Below are positions 37,301-48,270 of a DNA stretch of 64,000 bases, piece by piece (position 1 is the first letter of the stretch; each line of letters opens with the position of its first letter). The DNA comes from Eledone cirrhosa (lineage: Eukaryota). The stretch spans positions 202,244,001 through 202,308,000 of the forward strand of contig OZ024741.1 of assembly GCA_964016885.1 (NCBI GenBank). Direction: 5' to 3'. Made by a program: the position numbers and the translations under genes. The notes under the pieces were generated by a model, which had not been told where the DNA came from, ran no database searches, and saw nothing but the letters and a program-made list of their open reading frames with translations.

Positions 37301-40300
37301 CTGTCCTATAATCTCATTGGATGGTAAAGTAGCAGATGATGTTTAATAATCTGATCCTGTCCTATAATCTCATTGGATGGTAAAGTAGCAGATGATGTTT
37401 GATAGTCTGATCCAGTCCTATAATCTCATTGGATGGTAAAGTAGCAGATGATGTTTGATAGTCTGATCCTGTCCTATAATCTCATTGGATGGTAAAGTAG
37501 CAGATGATGTTTGATAGTCTGATCCTGTCCTATAATCTCATTGGATGGTAAAGTAGCAGATGATGTTTAATAATCTGATCCTGTCCTATAATCTCATTGG
37601 ATGGTAAAGTAGCAGATGATGTTTGATAGTCTGATCCAGTCCTATAATCTCATTGGATGGTAAAGTAGCAGATGATGTTTGATAGTCTGATCCTGTCCTA
37701 TAATCTCATTGGATGGTAAAGTAGCAGATGATGTTTGATAGTCTGATCCTGTCCTATAATCTCATTGGATGGTAAAGTAGCAGATGATGTTTAATAATCT
37801 GATCCTGTCCTATAATCTCATTGGATGGTAAAGTAGCAGATGATGTTTGATAGTCTGATCCAGTCCTATAATCTCATTGGATGGTAAAGTAGCAGATGAT
37901 GTTTGATAGTCTGATCCTGTCCTATAATCTCATTGGATGGTAAAGTAGCAGATGATGTTTGATAGTCTGATCCTGTCCTATAATCTCATTGGATGGTAAA
38001 GTAGCAGATGATGTTTAATAATCTGATCCTGTCCTATAATCTCATTGGATGGTAAAGTAGCAGATGATGTTTGATAGTCTGATCCAGTCCTATAATCTCA
38101 TTGGATGGTAAAGTAGCAGATGATGTTTGATAGTCTGATCCTGTCCTATAATCTCATTGGATGGTAAAGTAGCAGATGATGTTTGATAGTCTGATCCTGT
38201 CCTATAATCTCATTGGATGGTAAAGTAGCAGATGATGTTTGATAGTCTGATCCTGTCCTATAATCTCATTGGATGGTAAAGTAGCAGATGATGTTTGATA
38301 GTTTGATCCAGTCCTATAATCTCATTGGATGGTAAAGTAGCAGATGATGTTTGATAGTCTGATCCTGTCCTATGAACCCATTGGGATGGTAAAGTAGCAG
38401 ATGATGTTTGATAGTCTGATCCTGTCCTATAATCTCATTGGATGGTAAAGTAGCAGATGATGTTTGATAGTCTGATCCTGTCCTATAATCTCATTGGATG
38501 GTAAAGTAGCAGATGATGTTTGATAGTCTGATCCTGTCCTATAATCTCATTGGATGGTAAAGTAGCAGATGATGTTTGATAGTTTGATCCAGTCCTATAA
38601 TCTCATTGGATGGTAAAGTAGCAGATGATGTTTGATAGTTTGAGCCAGTCCTATAATCTCATTGGATGGTAAAGTAGCAGATGATGTTTGATAGTCTGAT
38701 CCTGTCCTATAATCTCATTGGATGGTAAAGTAGCAGATGATGTTTAATAATCTGATCCTGTCCTATAATCTCATTGGATGGTAAAGTAGCAGATGATGTT
38801 TGATAGTCTGATCCTGTCCTATAATCTCATTGGATGGTAAAGTAGCAGATGATGTTTGATAGTCTGATCCTGTCCTATAATCTCATTGGATGGTAAAGTA
38901 GCAGATGATGTTTAATAATCTGATCCTGTCCTATAATCTCATTGGATGGTAAAGTAGCAGATGATGTTTGATAGTCTGATCCTGTCCTATAATCTCATTG
39001 GATGGTAAAGTAGCAGATGATGTTTGATAGTCTGATCCTGTCCTATAATCTCATTGGATGGTAAAGTAGCAGATGATGTTTGATAGTCTGATCCTGTCCT
39101 ATAATCTCATTGGATGGTAAAGTAGCAGATGATGTTTGATAGTCTGATCCTGTCCTATAATCTCATTGGATGGTAAAGTAGCAGATGATGTTTGATAGTT
39201 TGATCCAGTCCTATAATCTCATTGGATGGTAAAGTAGCAGATGATGTTTGATAGTCTGATCCTGTCCTATAATCTCATTGGATGGTAAAGTAGCAGATGA
39301 TGTTTGATAGTCTGATCCTGTCCTATAATCTCATTGGATGGTAAAGTAGCAGATGATGTTTGATAGTCTGATCCTGTCCTATAATCTCATTGGATGGTAA
39401 AGTAGCAGATGATGTTTGATAGTCTGATCCTGTCCTATAATCTCATTGGATGGTAAAGTAGCAGATGATGTTTGATAGTCTGATCCTGTCCTATAATCTC
39501 ATTGGATGGTAAAGTAGCAGATGATGTTTGATAGTCTGATCCTGTCCTATAATCTCATTGGATGGTAAAGTAGCAGATGATGTTTGATAGTCTGATCCTG
39601 TCCTATAATCTCATTGGATGGTAAAGTAGCAGATGATGTTTAATAATCTGATCCTGTCCTATAATCTCATTGGATGGTAAAGTAGCAGATGATGTTTGAT
39701 AGTCTGATCCAGTCCTATAATCTCATTGGATGGTAAAGTAGCAGATGATGTTTGATAGTCTGATCCTGTCCTATAATCTCATTGGATGGTAAAGTAGCAG
39801 ATGATGTTTGATAGTCTGATCCTGTCCTATAACCCCATTGGATGGTAAAGTAGCAGATGATGTTTAATAGTCTGATCCTGTCCTATAATCTCATTGGATG
39901 GTAAAGTAGCAGATGATGTTTGATAGTCTGATCCTGTCCTATAATCTCATTGGATGGTAAAGTAGCAGATGATGTTTGATAGTCTGATCCTGTCCTATAA
40001 CCCCATTGGATGGTAAAGTAGCAGATGATGTTTGATAGTCTGATCCTGTCCTATAATCTCATTGGATGGTAAAGTAGCAGATGATGTTTGATAGTTTGAG
40101 CCAGTCCTATAACCCCATTGGATGGTAAAGTAGCAGATGATGTTTGATAGTCTGATCCTGTCCTATAATCTCATTGGATGGTAAAGTAGCAGATGATGTT
40201 TGATAGTCTGATCCTGTCCTATAATCTCATTGGATGGTAAAGTAGCAGATGATGTTTGATAGTCTGATCCTGTCCTATAACCCCATTGGATGGTAAAGTA

Positions 40301-43300
40301 GCAGATGATGTTTGATAGTCTGATCCTGTCCTATAATCTCATTGGATGGTAAAGTAGCAGATGATGTTTGATAGTTTGAGCCAGTCCTATAACCCCATTG
40401 GATGGTAAAGTAGCAGATGATGTTTGATAGTCTGATCCTGTCCTATAATCTCATTGGATGGTAAAGTAGCAGATGATGTTTGATAGTCTGATCCTGTCCT
40501 ATAATCTCATTGGATGGTAAAGTAGCAGATGATGTTTGATAGTCTGATCCTGTCCTATAACCCCATTGGATGGTAAAGTAGCAGATGATGTTTGATAGTC
40601 TGATCCTGTCCTATAATCTCATTGGATGGTAAAGTAGCAGATGATGTTTGATAGTTTGAGCCAGTCCTATAACCCCATTGGATGGTAAAGTAGCAGATGA
40701 TGTTTGATAGTCTGATCCTGTCCTATAATCTCATTGGATGGTAAAGTAGCAGATGATGTTTGATAGTTTGAGCCAGTCCTATAACCCCATTGGATGGTAA
40801 AGTAGCAGATGATGTTTAATAATCTGATCCTGTCCTATAATCTCATTGGATGGTAAAGTAGCAGATGATGTTTGATAGTCTGATCCAGTCCTATAATCTC
40901 ATTGGATGGTAAAGTAGCAGATGATGTTTGATATTCTGATCCTGTCCTATAATCTCATTGGATGGTAAAGTAGCAGATGATGTTTCATAGTCTGATCCTG
41001 TCCTATAACCCCATTGGATGGTAAAGTAGCAGATGATGTTTGATAGTCTGATCCTGTCCTATAATCTCATTGGATGGTAAAGTAGCAGATGATGTTTGAT
41101 AGTCTGATCCTGTCCTATAATCTCATTGGATGGTAAAGTAGCAGATGATGTTTAATAATCTGATCCTGTCCTATAATCTCATTGGATGGTAAAGTAGCAG
41201 ATGATGTTTGATAGTTTGAGCCAGTCCTATAATCTCATTGGATGGTAAAGTAGCAGATGATGTTTGATAGTCTGATCCTGTCCTATAATCTCATTGGATG
41301 GTAAAGTAGCAGATGATGTTTGATAGTCTGATCCTGTCCTATAACCTCATTGGATGGTAAAGTAGCAGATGATGTTTGATAGTCTGATCCTGTCCTATAA
41401 TCTCATTGGATGGTAAAGTAGCAGATGATGTTTGATAGTCTGATCCTGTCCTATAATCTCATTGGATGGTAAAGTAGCAGATGATGTTTGATAGTCTGAT
41501 CCTGTCCTATAATCTCATTGGATGGTAAAGTAGCAGATGATGTTTGATAGTCTGATCCTGTCCTATAATCTCATTGGATGGTAAAGTAGCAGATGATGTT
41601 TGATAGTCTGATCCTGTCCTATAATCTCATTGGATGGTAAAGTAGCAGATGATGTTTGATAGTCTGATCCAGTCCTATAATCTCATTGGATGGTAAAGTA
41701 GCAGATGATGTTTGATAGTTTGATCCAGTCCTATAATCTCATTGGATGGTAAAGTAGCAGATGATGTTTGATAGTCTGATCCTGTCCTATAATCTCATTG
41801 GATGGTAAAGTAGCAGATGATGTTTGATAGTCTGATCCTGTCCTATAATCTCATTGGATGGTAAAGTAGCAGATGATGTTTGATAGTCTGATCCAGTCCT
41901 ATAATCTCATTGGATGGTAAAGTAGCAGATGATGTTTAATAATCTGATCCTGTCCTATAACCTCATTGGATGGTAAAGTAGCAGATGATGTTTAATAATC
42001 TGATCCTGTCCTATAACCTCATTGGATGGTAAAGTAGCAGATGATGTTTAATAATCTGATCCTGTCCTATAACCTCATTGGATGGTAAAGTAGCAGATGA
42101 TGTTTAATAATCTGATCCTGTCCTATAACCTCATTGGATGGTAAAGTAGCAGATGATGTTTAATAATCTGATCCTGTCCTATAACCTCATTGGATGGTAA
42201 AGTAGCAGATGATGTTTGATAGTCTGATCCTGTCCTATAACCTCATTGGATGGTAAAGTAGCAGATGATGTTTGATAGTTTGAGCCAGTCCTATAACCCC
42301 ATTGGATGGTAAAGTAGCAGATGATGTTTGATAGTCTGATCCTGTCCTATAACCTCATTGGATGGTAAAGTAGCAGATGATGTTTGATAGTTTGAGCCAG
42401 TCCTATAACCCCATTGGATGGTAAAGTAGCAGATGATGTTTGATAGTCTGATCCTGTCCTATAACCTCATTGGATGGTAAAGTAGCAGATGATGTTTGAT
42501 AGTTTGAGCCAGTCCTATAACCTCATTGGATGGTAAAGTAGCAGATGATGTTTGATAGTCTGATCCAGTCCTATAACCCCATTGGATGGTAAAGTAGCAG
42601 ATGATGTTTGATAGTCTGATCCAGTCCTATAACCCCATTGGATGGTAAAGTAGCAGATGATGTTTGATAGTTTGAGCCAGTCCTATAACCTCATTGGATG
42701 GTAAAGTAGCAGATGATGTTTGATAGTTTGAGCCAGTCCTATAACCCCATTGGATGGTAAAGTAGCAGATGATGTTTGATAGTCTGATCCTGTCCTATAA
42801 CCTCATTGGATGGTAAAGTAGCAGATGATGTTTGATAGTTTGAGCCAGTCCTATAACCCCATTGGATGGTAAAATAGCAGATGATGTTTGATAGTCTGAT
42901 CCTGTCCTATAACCTCATTGGATGGTAAAGTAGCAGATGATGTTTGATAGTTTGAGCCAGTCCTATAACCTCATTGGATGGTAAAGTAGCAGATGATGTT
43001 TGATAGTCTGATCCAGTCCTATAACCCCATTGGATGGTAAAGTAGCAGATGATGTTTGATAGTCTGATCCAGTCCTATAACCCCATTGGATGGTAAAGTA
43101 GCAGATGATGTTTGATAGTTTGAGCCAGTCCTATAACCTCATTGGATGGTAAAGTAGCAGATGATGTTTGATAGTTTGAGCCAGTCCTATAACCCCATTG
43201 GATGGTAAAGTAGCAGATGATGTTTGATAGTCTGATCCTGTCCTATAACCTCATTGGATGGTAAAGTAGCAGATGATGTTTGATAGTTTGAGCCAGTCCT

Positions 43301-44324
43301 ATAACCCCATTGGATGGTAAAGTAGCAGATGATGTTTGATAGTCTGATCCTGTCCTATAACCTCATTGGATGGTAAAGTAGCAGATGATGTTTGATAGTT
43401 TGAGCCAGTCCTATAACCTCATTGGATGGTAAAGTAGCAGATGATGTTTGATAGTCTGATCCAGTCCTATAACCCCATTGGATGGTAAAGTAGCAGATGA
43501 TGTTTGATAGTCTGATCCAGTCCTATAACCCCATTGGATGGTAAAGTAGCAGATGATGTTTGATAGTTTGAGCCAGTCCTATAACCTCATTGGATGGTAA
43601 AGTAGCAGATGATGTTTGATAGTTTGAGCCAGTCCTATAACCCCATTGGATGGTAAAGTAGCAGATGATGTTTGATAGTCTGATCCTGTCCTATAACCTC
43701 ATTGGATGGTAAAGTAGCAGATGATGTTTGATAGTTTGAGCCAGTCCTATAACCCCATTGGATGGTAAAGTAGCAGATGATGTTTGATAGTCTGATCCTG
43801 TCCTATAACCTCATTGGATGGTAAAGTAGCAGATGATGTTTGATAGTTTGAGCCAGTCCTATAACCTCATTGGATGGTAAAGTAGCAGATGATGTTTGAT
43901 AGTCTGATCCAGTCCTATAACCCCATTGGATGGTAAAGTAGCAGATGATGTTTGATAGTCTGATCCAGTCCTATAACCCCATTGGATGGTAAAGTAGCAG
44001 ATGATGTTTGATAGTTTGAGCCAGTCCTATAACCTCATTGGATGGTAAAGTAGCAGATGATGTTTGATAGTTTGAGCCAGTCCTATAACCTCATTGGATG
44101 GTAAAGTAGCAGATGATGTTTGATAGTTTGAGCCAGTCCTATAACCTCATTGGATGGTAAAGTAGCAGATGATGTTTGATAGTTTGAGCCAGTCCTATAA
44201 CCTCATTGGATGGTAAAGTAGCAGATGATGTTTGATAGTTTGATCCTGTCCTATAACCTCATTGGATGGTAAAGTAGCAGATGATGTTTGATAGTTTGAG
44301 CCAGTCCTATAACCTCATTGGATG
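13346..44324 (+). repeat. 56-bp tandem satellite, about 550 sequenced monomers, intronic
   Basis: Consensus CTGATCCTGTCCTATAAYCYCATTGGATGGTAAAGTAGCAGATGATGTTTGATAGT, head-to-tail and in the same orientation on both sides of the gap (about 310 units left, 239 right). A diverged proto-unit sits at 13346-13392. Confidence 0.98.
30755..30954. other. Assembly gap (200 N) inside the satellite
   Basis: Exactly 200 N. A round size suggests a placeholder, so the true array length is unknown. Confidence 0.98.
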
Positions 44325-44806
44325 TACAGATAACTATAGGTTGTTTTAAATCTGAATTAGATAGTGCTTGCTATATTCATCAAACTGACATCCGATACTA
44401 TTTCTCCCTATCTCTTCTACATTATATTCCTGCTTTCTCTTTTACTTTATATGCCTGCTTTGTTTTGATACTAAAGCGTTAATGAAAATTTATACAAAGT
44501 GAAACTTATCTTAATAGGGTTAATATTTGGGGAGTGTATATCAGTCAATATACATTAAATAGATAATTTTCAGAAAATATATCAATAGAATATATACTAA
44601 AACACAATACATAATTTTCAGAAAATATGCCAAATTATAATAAATAGCTGTCAGTAATTATACTAACAGGATATGCACCAAAATGCAACCTCATTTGAGG
44701 CTTCCTAAACCTGTACAGCAGTGAGATGTGACAACATTACAACATACACAAAAATACTATAGATAGCTTTCAGAAAATAAACCAATAAAATATTATTTAA
44801 GCTTAA

Positions 44807-45028
44807 ACTTTTGTTACCATATTTCTAATGAAATACACTGCCTATGTGTTTCAGGGCATTTTAAAAATAATCAAGAATTTGGAGTTATTTGGTAAAATAA
44901 TTAACTTTTTCATTACTAAGATGGTGTTAGGTAGATAAATCAACAAAAGTATCTTTCATAAAATTTGGAACAGTTTAAAATAAGCAATTTTGTATCATAG
45001 AAGCAGGGGTGGGTTAATATCAAAATGA
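44807..45028. mobile_element. Degenerate TTAA-flanked MITE
   Basis: TTAA at 44803-44806 and 45029-45032, with weak inverted ends ACTTTTGTTAC / ATATCAAAATGA. Same size class as the neighbouring MITE. Confidence 0.4.
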
Positions 45029-45262
45029 TTAAGCAGAATGAACACATTTAAACTTATTCTATTTTTAAAATGCTCATTATAGTCCAAACAGTGTTCTAAA
45101 GTACTTCTCAGATAGTTATGCGAATAATTGTTACTCGATTAAAATTGAAAGTATTACAATTTTCAAAACCAGAATTAACTATACCCAAGTATTTACTTTG
45201 TAATGGTAGTAAAATGTAACTGGATACTTATTTTGGATTACTAAACTGTCTTATCATTTTAA

Positions 45263-45475
45263 CTCTTTAGCATTTAAACCGACCATATCCGGCCAGAATT
45301 CTCTCACCTCTTTCTGTTCAAACCAGCCATAACTGGCTGCTTATGCCAACGTTTAGGTATTGTTCTCAAAATAAATAATATCAAAATCTCATAGATTCGA
45401 TATTATGTGAGATAATTATGTGAGGTAAAGCCTTTACCATGAAAATACAATAGTAAACATGCAAATGCTTAAGGG
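45263..45475. mobile_element. piggyBac-type MITE (TTAA TSD)
   Basis: TTAA|CTCTTTAGCATTT ... AAATGCTTAAGGG|TTAA. Same family as 60007-60227, opposite orientation. Confidence 0.75.
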
Positions 45476-45591
45476 TTAATAAATAAAAGGTAAATATATA
45501 GTGCTGAGGTATGTTAAGCAAAATATAGTTACTGTAAGATAGTTTTTTTTCAGTTATTTATTATAATTTTTTTTTGTTATTTCTTTTTTAG

Positions 45592-46512
45592 GTTGGCTTA
45601 TTTATTCTACTGTGGGGTCTGCCTGTGAATCTTGTTCCTTATTCAGTGATACATGTCTATGGCTACCTGCTCCAGTTATTTGAACCAATCATGTTGTTCC
45701 AAGAAGTTCTGTTTATTCTTCTTCTAGGTACACAACTTTTCAATTACTTAAATGAATTGACTGAAGGTGATGATGATGATAGATCATATATATCCCAAAC
45801 TGTATTTTCTATTCTTAATTATGGTTTTTCATGTTATATTGTCTCAATGTGTTTCAACAATACATGGCTCCTTTATATTATATTATTTGTTACACTGTTC
45901 AACCACATTCTTATGTGGTCATTAGAAAGTGGGCAGTTATGGGAAACTGCTTTGACATTTATGCTTACCATTCTTATACTTTTTCTCATGGACAAAGAGA
46001 AAGACTTATATCAAAATAGTGAGTTACCTACTCTATCATATTTTGATTCTAAAAACTCTTCAATAGAATTTGTGAACAGTATTTGGCAACTCAGCTTTGA
46101 GAAATTATCTTCCTTTCAGAAGTTGATTGGAAGCTTTCTAAGTCCTATTTTTGTTGGCACACTTTTCCTCCGAGTATTTTCTGTCAATTGGTTCAATTAC
46201 AGGCAAATTATTTCAATGTTTTTTGAAAATGAAGACAATGAAGATGTTTTAATTGAAGAAAGTGGTTCATCTGATTTAAGCTTCTCAAGATTACAAACAT
46301 CTCTTGTTTGTAAATTGGCCACCATTTTTGTTGTCACACAACTTATAACGAGACAGTTTTATCTTTTTATTGGAAATGGTTTAATTACTCAGCAAAAATG
46401 GATGAAATATTGGTTGCCTGAAAATATATTACTTGGAAGACTAGCACAGATGTTTTTGGTGAATATTTTATTTCAGCATTCTATATACAGACAATGGTCA
46501 AATACTGCTTAA
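45592..46512 (+). CDS. Terminal coding exon (306 aa) of the Ice2/SERINC-like multi-pass membrane protein
   Basis: Long polypyrimidine tract and TTTTTTAG| acceptor at 45590-45591. 921-nt open frame VGLFILLWGLPVNLV..YRQWSNTA* in AT-rich DNA, with many hydrophobic helices separated by acidic loops. No TE motifs. Confidence 0.85.
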   Translation, partial: VGLFILLWGLPVNLVPYSVIHVYGYLLQLFEPIMLFQEVLFILLLGTQLFNYLNELTEGDDDDRSYISQTVFSILNYGFSCYIVSMCFNNTWLLYIILFVTLFNHILMWSLESGQLWETALTFMLTILILFLMDKEKDLYQNSELPTLSYFDSKNSSIEFVNSIWQLSFEKLSSFQKLIGSFLSPIFVGTLFLRVFSVNWFNYRQIISMFFENEDNEDVLIEESGSSDLSFSRLQTSLVCKLATIFVVTQLITRQFYLFIGNGLITQQKWMKYWLPENILLGRLAQMFLVNILFQHSIYRQWSNTA

Positions 46513-46647
46513 ACAATCATTATATTAATGACTATTTCAATTTTTATGTGATAACATACACTTTTTACATCATGACTATACTTTATAATCAAATCCAAAA
46601 TCTATATATCCAGTTATTCTTATTGTTTTCTGATGAGATCTTGCTAT

Positions 46648-47022
46648 AAGTCTTAGGAGTAACATGACTCAATAGAGTGTGTAGCTCGAAGACCAGAGAG
46701 TCACTCCAGATAGAGCTGCTACTTCTCCGAATTGAAAGATCACAGCTCCACTATGGGCATGTGGTTAGAATATCTCAGGAAAGAATCACTGGACAGATTT
46801 TACAGGCAAAACCATCTGACAGGAGACCCAGGGCTAGACTCCAAGCAAGATGGTTGGATAATATCTATGAGCTTGGCTGATCTTGCTTGGGGATCCAGCT
46901 GGATTAATTGGAGACAGTTGCTTCTGACAGGATCTGCTGGAAGGAGTGTTTGAGGACTCTGCCCCTACAACCCTCTCAGGAATAAGTGGCTGAAGAACAA
47001 GAAAGATCATCATTATCATCAT
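46648..47022 (+). mobile_element. RTE LINE 3' end
   Basis: Reads IELLLLRIERSQLHYGHVVRISQERITGQILQAKPSDRRPRARLQARWLDNI, with a (CAT)n tail. Same family as 1-330. Confidence 0.8.
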
Positions 47023-47806
47023 CTGTGCTGATGGTAATAATATTTAATTTTATAAATTTGTAGGTTGCAACTTATATTAAATTGCAGTTTTTTTGTCTTA
47101 AGGTTTGATCCATCTTTTCATATATAGGTTTTAGAGACTTAGGTAGCATGCAGTTTTACATTTCGCATCCCTCATTTAAAGGATATACATTACTAAGACC
47201 CTCAATTGCCTTAACTTGAATGTAAACAAATCTTGATCAATCCAATGCTATCCATGAACTCAAGCAATTGCAATCTATTATACTTACAGTCAACCCATTC
47301 ACCAAAACCAGACTGCACAAGAAAAAGTAAAATTAAACATGAGGATGACAGATATCATCAGATTACAGCTGTCATATTACATAGTTTCTATATTACTCTG
47401 CAGCAATTATTTAATGCTCTGGAAAAGAACTTAAATGAAGAACCTCTATATTTAGATTTCAGATAGAACATATGATCATACATAAGCAAGATGCAGATCT
47501 CTTGGCATATCGGGTAGGTCAGTAACCTTCCTTGATTACTGACCTGGTTTTTATAGATCTGTCCAAACCTTGCTAGAAAACGGACATTAAACAATGATGA
47601 TGATGATGATAGGCATTCAAGCAGAAAGGCTTATCCTATAACTTAAAACATTAACCAATATTGGTATCCAAGGAAATTTTTAAATTTAATAAAGTGCTTT
47701 GTTGCCAGTAAAATTTAGCTTGTAACCATCATGAAAGGGCTGGGCTCAAATTCTATAAAAGTCTTGGCATATTTCATAGAACTGTGTTGGATCATTTTTC
47801 TTGTTT

Positions 47807-48270
47807 CATCATCACCATTGTCGTTTTAACATCTGCTTTCCCTGTTTACAAGGGTTGGGCAGGTCTATATACACCAAGTCCGAACTGAAGCAGAGCCACT
47901 GATCTCCCAAGCAAGCCAGGGATCTGTGTCCCTCTAATGTAGTTTCATGTTCCATGAAGTGTTCAGGAGAGGTTGTCATGCCTTTGACACAATTGAGGGT
48001 CTTTCCAACCCTTTGTTTGGCAAGATTTCTACATCTGGATGCTCTTCCTATCACCAACCACTTTACAGTGAGTACTGGGTGCATTTATTGTGTAAATCGC
48101 CAACACTATGGAGGTTGTCATGCACTTGACATGAATGGAGGATCCTCCCAACTCTTTTTCTGGCAAGTTTTCTATAGCTAGATGTCCTTCCTATTACCAA
48201 CCACTTTACAGCATTTACTGGGTACATTTATCATGACATGACTGAAGGGTCCTCCCAACCCTTTGATCTG
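47807..48270 (-). mobile_element. LINE/SINE 3' tail module, inverted
   Basis: Two copies of GGATGCTCTTCCTATCACCAACCACTTTACAG-like sequence and a (CAT)n tail. Reverse complement of the 4830-5408 family. Confidence 0.65.

Noticed and set aside
13346-44324. CRISPR array or other spacer-storing array
   Set aside because: There are no unique spacers: units are contiguous near-identical 56-mers. No cas-like ORF is present and the context is eukaryotic.
13393-44324. Satellite monomer as a hammerhead ribozyme (like newt or schistosome satellites)
   Set aside because: There is no CTGANGA plus GAAA core on either strand. The closest are CAGATGA and GTAAA, without supporting stems.
45625-46512. Single-exon 295-aa gene starting at 45625
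   Set aside because: That start is GTG. The frame is open back to a strong splice acceptor at 45591, so this is a terminal exon.
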